Assembly: GCA_963752285.1 (NCBI GenBank)
Contig: CAVVXN010000001.1
Location: 800,001-864,000, forward strand
Source of the DNA: an uncultured Planctomycetota bacterium
GTDB taxonomy: Bacteria; Planctomycetota; PLA2; JAEUHO01
DNA length: 64,000 nucleotides
Direction of reading: 5' to 3'
Position 1 is the stretch's first letter, and every line of letters starts with the position of its first letter. Under the pieces are notes generated by a model. That model made no database searches. It was given only the letters and a program-made list of their open reading frames with translations, and was not told the origin of the DNA. The translations under genes and the position numbers were made by a program. Below, in pieces: positions 1-11,680 of this stretch.

Positions 1-1
1 G

Positions 2-325
2 CACCTCGCCGAGCTCGTCCCCGTCGTGGCGGCGGACCGTCTCGACGACGACCCCGAGCCGGTGCTCCGCCTCGGCGACCAGCTCCTCGCCGCGCGCGTG
101 GACGAGCTCGGCGAGATGCGACGCATCGACCGCACGCCCGACGGCGAGCTGGAGATCGCGCGCGAGGACGAGCTCCTGGAGACCGCGATCCGTGCGCTTC
201 GCGAGATCGTCGCGGCCGCGCCCGACCACGACCGGGACCGGGCGTGCCGCGCCCTCGCCCCGTGGCGCCGCCTCGTGCCGCACGACCCCACGGTCGCCCG
301 CCTCGCCGCCTCGATCGGTTGCTGA
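2..325 (+). CDS. Hypothetical protein, 3' part (runs off window start)
   Basis: Frame open from position 2 to TGA at 323-325 with GC3-rich codons; no recognisable motif. Confidence 0.55.
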   Translation, partial: HLAELVPVVAADRLDDDPEPVLRLGDQLLAARVDELGEMRRIDRTPDGELEIAREDELLETAIRALREIVAAAPDHDRDRACRALAPWRRLVPHDPTVARLAASIGC

Positions 326-348
326 ACCTACCCCGACCGGCCGTACGG

Positions 349-723
349 TCAGGCGGGCGCGGTCTCGGGGAGGGGGAGGCGCGGCGCGTCGGCCCACAGG
401 AGCTCGAGGTCGTAGAACGCGCGCGTCTCGGGCGTGAACACGTGGAGGACCACGTCCACGAAGTCCACGCAGATCCAGCTCCCGGCCTCCACGCCGGACT
501 CGCTGAGCGGGCGCGTCCCCTCGCGCTTCGCCTCGCGGACGACCTGATCGGCGATGGACCGCGCCTGGCGTTCGCTCCGCGCCGTTACGACGAGGAGGAA
601 GTCCATGTAGTCCACCAGCGTCCGGACGTCGAGTGCCACGATGTCCTCGGCGCGCGTCGCCCGCGCGAGGGCCGCGAGGCGCTGGACGAGGGCCTCGCTG
701 TCGTACGCCGCCGATCCGGTCAT
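349..723 (-). CDS. rsfS: Ribosome silencing factor RsfS (Iojap family)
   Basis: EDIVALDV...DFLLVVTARSERQARSIAD...WICVDFVDVVLHVFTPETRAFYDLELLW matches the RsfS pattern. Confidence 0.93.
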   Translation of the reverse strand: MTGSAAYDSEALVQRLAALARATRAEDIVALDVRTLVDYMDFLLVVTARSERQARSIADQVVREAKREGTRPLSESGVEAGSWICVDFVDVVLHVFTPETRAFYDLELLWADAPRLPLPETAPA

Positions 724-817
724 CTTGCTCCGTGGGACGTGCGGGGCCGCATCGCCCCGCGGGACGGCATGGTCCCCGATCGGGCGGGGTCCGTCGGCGG
801 GGGAGCCGGGGCGCGCC

Positions 818-1444
818 TCACAGCCGGTCGAGCGCGTCGAACTCCTGGAAGTCCACCACGCCGTCGTGGTTCGTGTCCGCCCGGCCGATGCGGTCGCCGA
901 GGCTCTTCGTCTCGTCGGGCTGGAGGAGGCCGTCGCCGTTCAGGTCGATCGACTCGAAGGCGAGTCTCCGCTCGGTGGTCGGCTCGAGGTGGATCGAGTT
1001 CTTGGTCTGGAAGATCGCACCGACCGTGTCCCCGAGCGTTCCGATGCCGACGCCCACCTGGTCGAACCCATGGTTCCGGTCGGGCACGTACCGCCACCCG
1101 CGCCCCATCTGGTCGATCCGTCCGACCACCTCGCGACGGTTCTTCGAGGTGACCGTGTACGAGTCGTACACGGGCCCGCCGCGGAGCTGGCGGTACTGCG
1201 TCCGGATCAGGAGGCCCCGCTGGACGGGACGGCCGTTCCCGGTGTCCTCGAAGACCTTCGAGATCGAGACACGCTTGTCCACGAGCCAGTCCCCGCGGTC
1301 CAGGCGAACGGGGATCTCTCCCGCGCCGGGCGCCACCGTGAGCGCGGCCTGGGCGGAGGTGGGGCCGCCGTGCCCGGTCCGGCAGCCGGCGACCAGGAGC
1401 GCCGCGCCGAGTAGAGCCGCTCGAATCCGCCACGTGTAGGTCAT
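818..1444 (-). CDS. Lipoprotein with C-terminal EF-hand pair
   Basis: Signal peptide with lipobox LVAGC; EF-hand loops DLNGDGLLQPDE and DTNHDGVVDFQE. Confidence 0.75.
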   Translation of the reverse strand: MTYTWRIRAALLGAALLVAGCRTGHGGPTSAQAALTVAPGAGEIPVRLDRGDWLVDKRVSISKVFEDTGNGRPVQRGLLIRTQYRQLRGGPVYDSYTVTSKNRREVVGRIDQMGRGWRYVPDRNHGFDQVGVGIGTLGDTVGAIFQTKNSIHLEPTTERRLAFESIDLNGDGLLQPDETKSLGDRIGRADTNHDGVVDFQEFDALDRL

Positions 1445-1540
1445 CCGGGTCCTCCCGCCCGCGGGCCTAGGATACGGCCCCTCGTCGGCGATCGACAACC
1501 CGACCGGCCGATCCTCTTCGTCGAAGGCGCCCTGCCCGCC

Positions 1541-3511
1541 GTGACCGATCCGAACCCCGTCGCCGAGCTCGGAGGGCTTCTCGGGCCTTCCGGTCCCGTC
1601 GCGCGCGCGCTCGGCGGCACGGGCAAGGGATACGAGGCGCGCGCGGAGCAGATCGAGATGGCGGGCGCCGTCGCGTCGGCCCTGTCATCGACTCGTCACC
1701 TCGTCGTGGAGGCCGGGACCGGGGTCGGGAAGTCGTTCGCCTATCTCGTCCCGTTGCTCCACTTCGCCGCCGAGACCGGACGGACCGTCGCCGTCGCGAC
1801 GAGCACGATCGCCCTCCAGGAGCAGCTCGTCCGTCAGGACCTGCCGCTCCTCCAGGCGTGCCTCCCGTTCGAGGTCTCGTTCACGCTCGTCAAGGGCCGC
1901 GGGAACTACGTCTGCCTGCGCCGGCTCCACCTCGCCACGGACGACGCCGCGGCCCTCTTCGACGACGACGGCCCCCGCCGGGAGCTCGAGGCGATCCGGG
2001 CGTGGGCGCGGACCACCGCGGAGGGCAGCCGGCAGGACCTCCCGTTCCGCCCGCACCCCGCCGTCTGGGACCTCGTCCGTGCCGAGCAGGGCAACTGCAA
2101 GGGACGCGCGTGCTCCTTCTACGCCCGGTGCCCGTACCAGGCCTCGCGACGGCGCGCGCACGCGGTCCGCTGTCTGATCGTGAACCACCACGTCCTGATG
2201 GCGGACCTCGCGCTGCGCCGTTCGGGCGCGTCGTTCCTCCCCGAGGTCTCGGCCCTCGTCATCGACGAGGCCCACGACCTCGAGGACACGGCCGCCGAGC
2301 ACCTCGGCCTCCGTGTCTCGAGTCTCGGGACCGCGATCCTGCTCGGTCGCCTCTGGCAGCCGCGGACCGGGAAGGGGCTCCTCGCGGACCGCAACGAGTC
2401 CCTCCGCCGCGCCGTCGAGGGCGCGCGGCGGGCGTCGGACGGCTTCTTCGACGACCTCGGCGCGATCGTGCACGAGCACGGCGGGGGCCAGGGCCTCGTG
2501 GCCCTGGGCGACGGCTTCCCGGTCGAGGACCACCTGACGGACCGCCTCCACGACCTCGCGTCGCGGCTCCTCGAGACGGGGCGCACCGCGGCGGACGAGG
2601 ACCGAAGGATGGAGCTCCTCGCGCGGGGCCGCCAGATCGAGTCGTGGGCGGACGCGCTGGCGGACCTCGTCGTGCCGCAGCCGGGGCAGGTCCGCTGGCT
2701 CGAGCGGGCCGGCCGCGCGCACGTCGCGCTCACGAGCGCCCCGGTGGACGTCGGGCCGCTGCTCCACGAGGTCCTCTGGTCGAAGCTCGACACGGTGGTC
2801 CTGACGAGCGCGACCCTGGCGACGGGGCGCCCGCCGTCGTTCGCGTTCCTGCGTTCGCGCCTCGGCCTCGCGGACGCGGACGAGCTGGGCGTCGGGAGCC
2901 CCTTCGACTACCGCGCGCAGGCGCGGATCGTCGCGCGGCAGGACCTGCCCGACCCGGTCCGCGACCCCGCGGGCTTCGAGGCGGCGCTCCCGGCCGCCGT
3001 GCTGGAGGCCGTCCGCGAGTCGAAGGGCGGCGCGTTCGTCCTCTTCACGGGCTACGGCGCGATGCGCCGGACGGTGGACGAGATCCGCGCGGACCTCCAG
3101 GCGGACGGGCTCGAGGTGCTCGTGCAGGGCGAGGGCCTCGAGCGGCCCGCGCTGATCGAGCGGTTCCGGACGTGCGAGGCGGTCCTCTTCGGCGTGTCGT
3201 CGTTCTGGCAGGGCGTGGACGTGCCCGGGCGCGCGCTCCGCCACGTCGTGATCGCGCGCCTCCCGTTCGAGGTGCCGACGCACCCCCTCCAAGTGGCGCG
3301 GGCCGAGCGCGTGCGCGCGGAGGGCCGCGACCCCTTCCACCACCTCTCGCTGCCCGTAGCCGCGCTGCGCCTGAAGCAGGGCTTCGGGCGGCTGATCCGG
3401 CGCCGGGACGACACGGGGACCGTCACGATCCTCGATCCCCGGGTCCTCACGCGGGCCTACGGGCGTACGCTCCTCGAGAGCCTGCCGGCGTGTGAGGTGG
3501 TCCGCCGCTGA
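1541..3511 (+). CDS. ATP-dependent DNA helicase, DinG/YoaA family
   Basis: EAGTGVGKS Walker A, KGRGNYVC plus CKGRACSFYARC Fe-S cysteines, IDEAH, LTSATL, FWQGVDVPG, KQGFGRLIR. Confidence 0.93.
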   Translation: MTDPNPVAELGGLLGPSGPVARALGGTGKGYEARAEQIEMAGAVASALSSTRHLVVEAGTGVGKSFAYLVPLLHFAAETGRTVAVATSTIALQEQLVRQDLPLLQACLPFEVSFTLVKGRGNYVCLRRLHLATDDAAALFDDDGPRRELEAIRAWARTTAEGSRQDLPFRPHPAVWDLVRAEQGNCKGRACSFYARCPYQASRRRAHAVRCLIVNHHVLMADLALRRSGASFLPEVSALVIDEAHDLEDTAAEHLGLRVSSLGTAILLGRLWQPRTGKGLLADRNESLRRAVEGARRASDGFFDDLGAIVHEHGGGQGLVALGDGFPVEDHLTDRLHDLASRLLETGRTAADEDRRMELLARGRQIESWADALADLVVPQPGQVRWLERAGRAHVALTSAPVDVGPLLHEVLWSKLDTVVLTSATLATGRPPSFAFLRSRLGLADADELGVGSPFDYRAQARIVARQDLPDPVRDPAGFEAALPAAVLEAVRESKGGAFVLFTGYGAMRRTVDEIRADLQADGLEVLVQGEGLERPALIERFRTCEAVLFGVSSFWQGVDVPGRALRHVVIARLPFEVPTHPLQVARAERVRAEGRDPFHHLSLPVAALRLKQGFGRLIRRRDDTGTVTILDPRVLTRAYGRTLLESLPACEVVRR

Positions 3512-3518
3512 CGTCGGG

Positions 3519-4583
<1,065 letters not shown>

Positions 4584-4703
4584 CGGGGCCCTCCGAGGTC
4601 GTGGGACGTACGACGCGTACGGTAGCGCCACGGGCCCCTCGGCAGGAGAAAAGCCGCCGAGCAGAGGGGCCTCCGACCCCGCCCCGCGGACCCCGGGAAG
4701 GGG

Positions 4704-6932
4704 TCAGGGGAGGGTGGGGTCGTAGGGCCGTCCGACGCGCACGCGGGCGTCGATCGCGAGGACCCCGTCGGGCCGCGCGACGATCGGGTTCATCTCGAGC
4801 TCGAGGATCTCCGGATGCTCGTCCACGAGGGCCGCGAAGCGCAGGAGCGCGGTCTCGAGGGCGTCGAGGTCCACGGGCCGCCCGCCGCGCGCGCCGACGA
4901 GCAGCGGCCACGCCTTGAGCCGCCTCAGCATCCGCTCGGCGAGGCGACGCGTGAGCGGGAGGATGCCGAATCGGACGTCCTTCATGACCTCCACGTGGAT
5001 GCCGCCGAGGCCGACCATGATCACGGGCCCGAACACCGGGTCCGCGCGGGCGCCCATCACGACCTCCACGCCGCCCTCGACCATCGGCTGCACGAGGAGC
5101 CGGTGGGGCGCGCCCGGCGCGTGACGTTCCGCGAGTGACGTGAGCCGGAACGCCGCCCCGAGGATCGTGTCGTCGCCGTCGAGGTGGAGCGCGACGCCGC
5201 CGACGTCGGACTTGTGCAGGAAGGCCTCGCCGTCGAGCTTCAGCGCCACGGGCGTCCCGAGCTCGTGCGCGGCCTGGACGGCTTCCTCGGGCGTGGCGAC
5301 CTGGCGGAACGGCGGGACCGGGATCTTCGCCGCGTCGAGAATCCTGAACGCGTCGCCGATCGGGAGCCACCGCCCCCGCTGGTCGATCCCGTGCGCGAAG
5401 AGGAGCGGGGCCGCGGTCTCCGGCGGGAGGTCCTCCGCGGACGGGCTCTCGACCGGTTCGCCGGCGGAGAGCACCGCGCGGATCCGGTCGTGGTCGATGT
5501 CGTCGAACGTCTCGGGCTGGCCGGGGTCGTCCTCGCGGAGGCGCTTCAGCCGGACGAGGTGGTCCGCGACCCTGACGGCTTCCTCGGGGTACGTGTAGAC
5601 GGGGAAGCCGCCGCCCTCCTGCACCATCGCCTCGACGACCTTCTCGCGCGCCATGAAGCAGCCGAAGACGGGCTTCGTCGCGCCGCGCGCCGCGCCGAAG
5701 ATGGCGGAGGCGACGTCCGTCGCGTTCACGTGCACGGGAGGCACGAAGATCGCGATCACCATGTCCACGCCCGGGTCCGCCATCACGAGCGGAAGGGCGA
5801 GACCGTACTCCTTGGCCCCCGCGCTCGCGACCATGTCCACCGGGTTCGCCACGCTCGCCTCGGGGACGAGGAACTCGCGGAGGCGCGCCTGGGTCTCGTC
5901 GCTCAGGCGCGCGAGGCCGAGGCCCCTCCCGACGAGGAAGTCCACGGCGAGCACCGCGGGCCCGCCCGCGTTCGTGACGATGGCGATCCGGTCGCCCGGC
6001 GGCAGGGGCTGGGTCGTGAGCGCCTGCGCGACGTCGAAGAGCGCGCGGACCGTGTCCACCCGGAGCATGCCCGTCTGCTCCATCAGCGCGTCCACCGCCA
6101 CGTCGGCGCCGGCCAGCGCGCCCGTGTGGCTCGAAGCGGCCTTCGCGGCCTCCGCGGTCCGACCCGCCTTCACGCAGAGGACGGCCTTCGTGCGGCTCAT
6201 CCGGCGCACCATGGGCACGAACTTGCGCGGGTTGCCGAACGACTCGAGGTACATGAGCACGACCTTCGTGTCGGGGTCGTTCTCCCAGTACGCGAGGAGG
6301 TCGTTGCCGCTCACGTCCGCGCGGTTCCCGATGCTCGCGAACATGCTGAGGCCGAGGTTCAGGTCCACGGCGTGGTCGATGATCGAAACGCCCATCGCGC
6401 CCGACTGCGAGAGGAACGCCACGGGACCGGGGCGCGGGAAGTTCGGGGCGATCGTGGCGTCGAGGCGCACGTCGGGGAGGGCGTTCAGGACGCCCATGCA
6501 GTTCGGCCCGACGAGGCGCATGCCGTGGGCGCGGCAGAGGTCCCTCAGGGCGCGCTCCCGCTCCGCGCCGACGGGGCCGATCTCGCGAAACCCCGCCGTG
6601 ATGACCACGATCGCCCGCACCCCGCCGTCTGCGCACGACCGGGCCACTTCGAGGACGCTCGGCGCCGGCACGCAGACCACCGCGAGGTCCACGGGGTCGG
6701 GGACCTCGGCGATCGAGGGATAGCACTTGACCGAGTGGATCGACTCGGCGTGCGGGTTGACCGGGAACACGGACCCCGTGAACCCGCCGTCGATGATGTT
6801 CTGGAGGACCTGGTTCCCCACGCTCCCGGGGTTCCGGCTGGCGCCGATGACGGCGACGCGCCGGGGGCGGAAGAGCGCGTCCAGGCCCTCACGGGCCGCG
6901 ACGACCTCCGGTTCCGCGACGGGACGCGCCAT
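4704..6932 (-). CDS. Acetate/acyl-CoA ligase (ADP-forming), fused alpha-beta with ATP-grasp domain
   Basis: VAVIGAS CoA-binding fold, GPNCMG, SQSGA, ASSHTGALAG phospho-His motif, HKSDVGGV, LEMNP. Confidence 0.9.
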   Translation of the reverse strand: MARPVAEPEVVAAREGLDALFRPRRVAVIGASRNPGSVGNQVLQNIIDGGFTGSVFPVNPHAESIHSVKCYPSIAEVPDPVDLAVVCVPAPSVLEVARSCADGGVRAIVVITAGFREIGPVGAERERALRDLCRAHGMRLVGPNCMGVLNALPDVRLDATIAPNFPRPGPVAFLSQSGAMGVSIIDHAVDLNLGLSMFASIGNRADVSGNDLLAYWENDPDTKVVLMYLESFGNPRKFVPMVRRMSRTKAVLCVKAGRTAEAAKAASSHTGALAGADVAVDALMEQTGMLRVDTVRALFDVAQALTTQPLPPGDRIAIVTNAGGPAVLAVDFLVGRGLGLARLSDETQARLREFLVPEASVANPVDMVASAGAKEYGLALPLVMADPGVDMVIAIFVPPVHVNATDVASAIFGAARGATKPVFGCFMAREKVVEAMVQEGGGFPVYTYPEEAVRVADHLVRLKRLREDDPGQPETFDDIDHDRIRAVLSAGEPVESPSAEDLPPETAAPLLFAHGIDQRGRWLPIGDAFRILDAAKIPVPPFRQVATPEEAVQAAHELGTPVALKLDGEAFLHKSDVGGVALHLDGDDTILGAAFRLTSLAERHAPGAPHRLLVQPMVEGGVEVVMGARADPVFGPVIMVGLGGIHVEVMKDVRFGILPLTRRLAERMLRRLKAWPLLVGARGGRPVDLDALETALLRFAALVDEHPEILELEMNPIVARPDGVLAIDARVRVGRPYDPTLP

Positions 6933-7022
6933 CCGAGCTCTCCTTCGGCGTTCGTGCGCGTCAACCGTACATCGCCCCACGCAAATCGGCGCGCGCGGAT
7001 GCGACCGGAGGAAGGTCCCTGG

Positions 7023-9848
7023 CTACTCGGAGCTCGTTCGTGTGCGATCGGTCGTCCGGTCGCCGTGCGACGACGTCGGCTCCTTCGCGGCCTTCTTCCG
7101 TGCGGCCTTCTTCCTCGTGGCCTTCTTCTTCGTGGCCTTCTTCGCCGCCGTCTTCTTCTTCGCGGACGGGGTCCGCGCCGCCTTCTTCTTCGGGCCGCGC
7201 GGGGCCCCACCGGTCGCGCGCGCGGCGCGTCGGCCTCGACCGGGCCGTCCGCCGCCCGCCGCGAGTCGCTCCCGGCGGCGCTGGAGGAGGTCCACCGCCT
7301 CCTCCGTCGTGAGCTGGTTCGGGTCGCGGTTCCGCGGCAGGCTCGCGTTGACCTCGCCGTCCGTGACGTACGGGCCGTACCGGCCGCTCATCACCTTGAG
7401 GGGCGCCCCCGAGGTCGGGTGGGCGCCGAGGTCCCTGAGCGCCGTGGGTGCGCGCTGGCTCCGGCCGCGGCGCGGCTGCTTCAGGATCTCCACCGCCTCG
7501 GGCAGCGTGATCTCGAGCACGTTCTTGCCCTCGGGGATCGACCGCGACTCGTCGCCCCACTTGACGAACGGGCCGTAGCGTCCGGTCATCGCGAGGACCG
7601 GACGGTGCTCGGGGTCCTCGGGGTGCGGACCGAGCTCGCGGGGGAGCGAGAGCAGGCGGAGCGCCGCTTCGAGGGTCACCGCGCCGGGCTCCATCCCCGG
7701 GAGGAGGCTCTGCATCTTGGGCTTGGGCCCGTCGGCCGTGGCGTCGCCGAGCTGGACGTACGGGCCGTAGCGCCCGACGCGAACGTAGACGGGCTTCTTC
7801 GACTCCGGGTCGGTGCCGATCGGCGTCGGGCCCTGCGCGGCGCGGTCGATCAGGATGCGGGCGGCCTGCACGTCGATCTCGTCGGGGACCGCGTCGTCGG
7901 GAAGGGGCGCGTTCGAGGTGCCGTCGGTCATGAAGAGGCCGTAGCGCCCGATCCGGACCTCGAAACGCCGGCCGTCCTCCTCGCCGATCGGAATCGTGCC
8001 CGCGGCGCGCGCATCCACCTGGTCGAAGCCCGACTCGACGAGCCGGAGCAGGCCCGGCGCGCCGTTGCCGTACCAGAAGCGGTGGAGATAGGAGGGCCCG
8101 TCCTGCTCGCCGCGCGAGACGCTGTCGAGATCGTCCTCCATCCGTGCCGTGAACTCGTAGTCCACGAGCTCGCCGAAGCTCCGGACGAGCATCTGGACCA
8201 CGGCGATGCCCATGAACGAGGGGACCAGGCTCCCGCTCTTGCGGAAGGCGTAGCCGCGATCGAGGAGCACGCCGATGATGCTGGCCCACGTGCTGGGACG
8301 CCCGATGCCGCGCCGGTCGAGCTCCTTGACGAGACTCGCCTCGGTGTACCGCTGGGGCGGCTGGGTCGCGTGGCCGTTCGGCTGGAGGCTCGACGTGTGG
8401 AGGGCCTGGCCCTCGGCGAGCGCGGGGAGCACCGTGTCGCGCTCGGCGAGCTCGCCGATGGGGTCGTCGGAGCCTTCGACGTACGCGCGCTGGTAGCCCG
8501 GGAACTCGATCGTCCGGCCCTGCACACGGAATACGGCGTCGTCGATCCCGACGCGCACCGTCACGTTCCGACCCCGCGCGTCGGGCATCTGCGAGGCGAC
8601 CGTGCGCATCCAGATGAGCTCGTAGAGGCGGGCGGCCTCCTCGCCGTGGCGCTTCCGAACCTCGCCGATCGCGAGGAACGAGCGGCCGGCCGGGCGGATC
8701 GCCTCGTGCGCCTCCTGCGCGTTCTTGACCTTCGTCTTGTAGGTGCGCGGGCTCGCGGGCAGGTACGGCGGGCCGTAGTGGTCGCGGATGAACGAGCGTG
8801 CGCCCTCGATCGCCTCGCTCGAGAGCGAGGTCGAGTCGGTGCGCATGTACGTGATGACGCCGTTCTCGTACAGTCCCTGCGCCACGCTCATCGTGCGGCG
8901 CGCGGAGTAGCGGAGCTTGCGGCCCGCCTCCTGCTGGAGCGTGCTCGTCGTGAACGGCGCCGAGGGGCTCCGGACGTACGGTTTCTCCTCGACGGAGAGC
9001 ACGCGGGCCGGGCGGTCCACGAGGCGCTTCTGGAGCGCGTACGCCGCCTCCTCGTCGAGGTGGACCACGTCGGGCGACGTCAGGCGGCCCGTCTCGGGCG
9101 CGAAGTCTCGACCCGTCGCCACGCGCCGGCCGCCGACCTCCACGAGGCCCGCCTCGAAGTCCGCCGCGCGGCGGCCCTCCCCGTCCTTCCCGAGTTCCGT
9201 CGCGAACGTGGCGGCGAGGTCCCAGTAGGACGCGCTCGTGAACGCCATGCGCTCGAGCTCGCGCTCGGCGAGCAGGCGGAGCGCGACGCTCTGCACGCGG
9301 CCCGCGGACTTCGCGCCGCGGATCTTCCGCCAGAGGACGGGCGACACCTCGTAGCCGTAGAGGCGGTCGAGGATGCGTCGCGCCTCCTGCGCGGCGACGA
9401 GGTGCATGTCGATGTCGCGCGGATGCGAGAGGGCGTCGCGGATCGCGTCCTCGGTGATCTCGTGGAAGACCATCCGGTGCATCGGCACCTTCGGCTTCAG
9501 CACCTCGACGAGGTGCCACGAGATGGCTTCGCCCTCGCGGTCCTCGTCAGTCGCGAGCCAGAGCTCGCCCGCGCCCTTCAGATGCTGCTTCAGCTTCTGG
9601 ATCTGGGACTTCTTGTCGGGCGAGACGACGTAGACCGGCTCGAAGCCCTTCTCGATCCGGATCCCGTGGCGGGTGCCCTCGCGTGCCTCGGGCGGGAGCT
9701 TCGCGTCCGAGGAGGGGAGGTCGCGCACGTGGCCGACCGACGCCTCGACCACGTACCCCGGTCCGAGGAAGCGCTCGATCGTCTTCGCCTTGGCGGGCGA
9801 CTCGACGATGACGAGGGCGGCGGAGGAGGCCTTTTTCGAGGCGACCAT
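7023..9848 (-). CDS. topA: DNA topoisomerase I with C-terminal repeats and Lys-rich tail
   Basis: IVESPAKAKTI, ATDEDREGEAI, SAGRVQS, ITYMRTDS (catalytic Tyr), AQEAHEAIRP, GIGRPST, repeated GRYGP(Y/F)V. Confidence 0.97.
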   Translation of the reverse strand: MVASKKASSAALVIVESPAKAKTIERFLGPGYVVEASVGHVRDLPSSDAKLPPEAREGTRHGIRIEKGFEPVYVVSPDKKSQIQKLKQHLKGAGELWLATDEDREGEAISWHLVEVLKPKVPMHRMVFHEITEDAIRDALSHPRDIDMHLVAAQEARRILDRLYGYEVSPVLWRKIRGAKSAGRVQSVALRLLAERELERMAFTSASYWDLAATFATELGKDGEGRRAADFEAGLVEVGGRRVATGRDFAPETGRLTSPDVVHLDEEAAYALQKRLVDRPARVLSVEEKPYVRSPSAPFTTSTLQQEAGRKLRYSARRTMSVAQGLYENGVITYMRTDSTSLSSEAIEGARSFIRDHYGPPYLPASPRTYKTKVKNAQEAHEAIRPAGRSFLAIGEVRKRHGEEAARLYELIWMRTVASQMPDARGRNVTVRVGIDDAVFRVQGRTIEFPGYQRAYVEGSDDPIGELAERDTVLPALAEGQALHTSSLQPNGHATQPPQRYTEASLVKELDRRGIGRPSTWASIIGVLLDRGYAFRKSGSLVPSFMGIAVVQMLVRSFGELVDYEFTARMEDDLDSVSRGEQDGPSYLHRFWYGNGAPGLLRLVESGFDQVDARAAGTIPIGEEDGRRFEVRIGRYGLFMTDGTSNAPLPDDAVPDEIDVQAARILIDRAAQGPTPIGTDPESKKPVYVRVGRYGPYVQLGDATADGPKPKMQSLLPGMEPGAVTLEAALRLLSLPRELGPHPEDPEHRPVLAMTGRYGPFVKWGDESRSIPEGKNVLEITLPEAVEILKQPRRGRSQRAPTALRDLGAHPTSGAPLKVMSGRYGPYVTDGEVNASLPRNRDPNQLTTEEAVDLLQRRRERLAAGGGRPGRGRRAARATGGAPRGPKKKAARTPSAKKKTAAKKATKKKATRKKAARKKAAKEPTSSHGDRTTDRTRTSSE

Positions 9849-9994
9849 GCGGGGCGGATCCAGGGGGGGCGGGGCCGCGGCGTCGCGGCGGGACGGGGAG
9901 ACGACGGGGGGCCGAACCTACCGGCGACGGGGGGCCGGGTGGGTGGACGCTCCGACCCTCTCCAACGATCCGTCGGCCGGTTCGGCGTCTTCGT

Positions 9995-10879
9995 TCAAGT
10001 CCTTCGTCCCGGGGCGGACACGGCGAGGGCCGCGAGGTCGAGGACCCGCCGGGCGGGCGGGGCCGGGTCGGGCGGGAGCGGGACGGGGGGCGGCGGGCCC
10101 TCCGGCTCCCGCGCGGGACGGGACGCCCGCCGACGGGCCTTGCGGCGCCGGACGGCCCCGGCGAGGCGGGCGATTCGACGCGCGAGGTCGAGGGCCCCCG
10201 GGTCGTCGCCCGCGTACGCGCGGAGGAAGGCGCGGGGCGCCTCCTCCCCGAGGAGGAGCTCGATGGCCACGGTCCACTGCGCGAGGTCCTTCCGTCGCGC
10301 GCGGTCGAGCGCCGGCCCGGGACGTACGAACCGCGCCGCGGGAAAGCCGATCGGCCAGAGGTCCCCGTCGCGGCCGAGGAGCACGTTCTTCGGGTACGCG
10401 TCGCCGTGGCGAAAGCCCGCGTCGTGCCAGCGCCGCCACGCCGCGGCGGCGCGGGCCAGGAGATCCGGGCCCCCCGGTCCCGCGAGCCCGCGGTCGAGCG
10501 GCGCGCGGTCCACGAAGAACGGGCGGACGAGGACCGCGCCGAGGAGGAGCCCTCCCGCGCGGCGTTCGCCGACCGCGAGGGGATGGGGCGTCGCGATGCC
10601 CCGCGTGCGCGCCTCGAGGGCCGCCGCGGCCTCGCGCCGCTCCCGGCTGGGCCTCAGGAACGCGTGGCGGTGTCGCTTCGCGCCGCGGACGCGCCGCCAC
10701 TTGAGGAAGACGGGGGGCGGGCCCGCGAGGACGACGGCGGCGGACTGCTTGTCCGACGAGAGCACGCGCCCCGCGCCGGCCACCGCCATCGCCGAGGCGA
10801 CCGAGGCGACGCCCAGGCGTCCGAGCGCGCCCGTGGACTCGAGCGCCGAGGGCACTCCGAGCCACCAGGTCTCACGCAC
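9995..10879 (-). CDS. Lipopolysaccharide kinase-like protein (Kdo/WaaP/InaA family)
   Basis: VFLK, RREAAA, GIATPHPLA, WHDAGFRHGDAYPKNVLL, RRKDLAQ; GTG start overlaps upstream stop; the expected metal-binding Asp reads IG, so it may be degenerate. Confidence 0.65.
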   Translation of the reverse strand: MRETWWLGVPSALESTGALGRLGVASVASAMAVAGAGRVLSSDKQSAAVVLAGPPPVFLKWRRVRGAKRHRHAFLRPSRERREAAAALEARTRGIATPHPLAVGERRAGGLLLGAVLVRPFFVDRAPLDRGLAGPGGPDLLARAAAAWRRWHDAGFRHGDAYPKNVLLGRDGDLWPIGFPAARFVRPGPALDRARRKDLAQWTVAIELLLGEEAPRAFLRAYAGDDPGALDLARRIARLAGAVRRRKARRRASRPAREPEGPPPPVPLPPDPAPPARRVLDLAALAVSAPGRRT

Positions 10880-11537
10880 GCGGGGCGTCCTCTTTTGCAA
10901 AGACGGCCACCGCGACGAGCGAGAACCACCCGCAGAGCCTCCGCGGGCGCGATGCGAGGACGAGGCCCGCGGCCCGCGCCTCGTCGCGGATCTCGTCGTG
11001 CGTCCACGCCGCGCGGCGCCGTGCGCGGCCCGCGCGGCGCTGCGCGCCCATCTTCCAGGTCGTGGCGTCATTGAACGAGAGCACCACGCGGCGGCGGGCG
11101 ACCCGCGCGAGCTCGGCGAGGATCCGGTGGCGGTCCTCTCGTTCGAGGACGTGGTGGATCAGCCGGTGACACACGACCGTGTCGAACGCGCCGTCCTCGA
11201 AGGGCAGTCGCTCCGCCGGGGCGACGACGAGGTCTACCCGCCCCGACCCGACCTCGGCGGCCAGCGCGTCGCTCGCCTCGGCGACCATCGACGCCGACGC
11301 GTCCGCGCCCGTCACGTGCTCGGCGCGTTCGAGCAGCACGGGGACGAGCCGGCCCGCGCCGCAGGGGCAGTCGAGGACGCGCCCGGCGGACCCGGCCCGG
11401 CCAAGCGCCGCGCGGACCACGGAGAGCTCCCGCGCGTTCGAGAGCCGGCGGAAGAGGCTCCGGCGGTACTTCTCGCGGTAGGCGTGCGCCCCCTCGGGGC
11501 TCTCGTAGCGGCGGGCGAGGTCGGCGTCGATCGACAC
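10872..11537 (-). CDS. Class I SAM-dependent methyltransferase
   Basis: VLDCPCGAGR motif I, GADAS, LPFEDGAFDTVVCHRLIHH. Confidence 0.88.
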   Translation of the reverse strand: MSIDADLARRYESPEGAHAYREKYRRSLFRRLSNARELSVVRAALGRAGSAGRVLDCPCGAGRLVPVLLERAEHVTGADASASMVAEASDALAAEVGSGRVDLVVAPAERLPFEDGAFDTVVCHRLIHHVLEREDRHRILAELARVARRRVVLSFNDATTWKMGAQRRAGRARRRAAWTHDEIRDEARAAGLVLASRPRRLCGWFSLVAVAVFAKEDAPRA

Positions 11538-11680
11538 GCGCGGTCTCCGGCAACCGAGCGTACCGCGCTCCGTGCGCGCTCGCCCCAAGGGTATGCTCCA
11601 CGGCGCTCGGAGGGTCTCGGGGCCCCGGGGCGCCTGGGGCGCCGCGTCGCCTCGAGGGCGAGGTCCAGGCGGGAGCGTCG

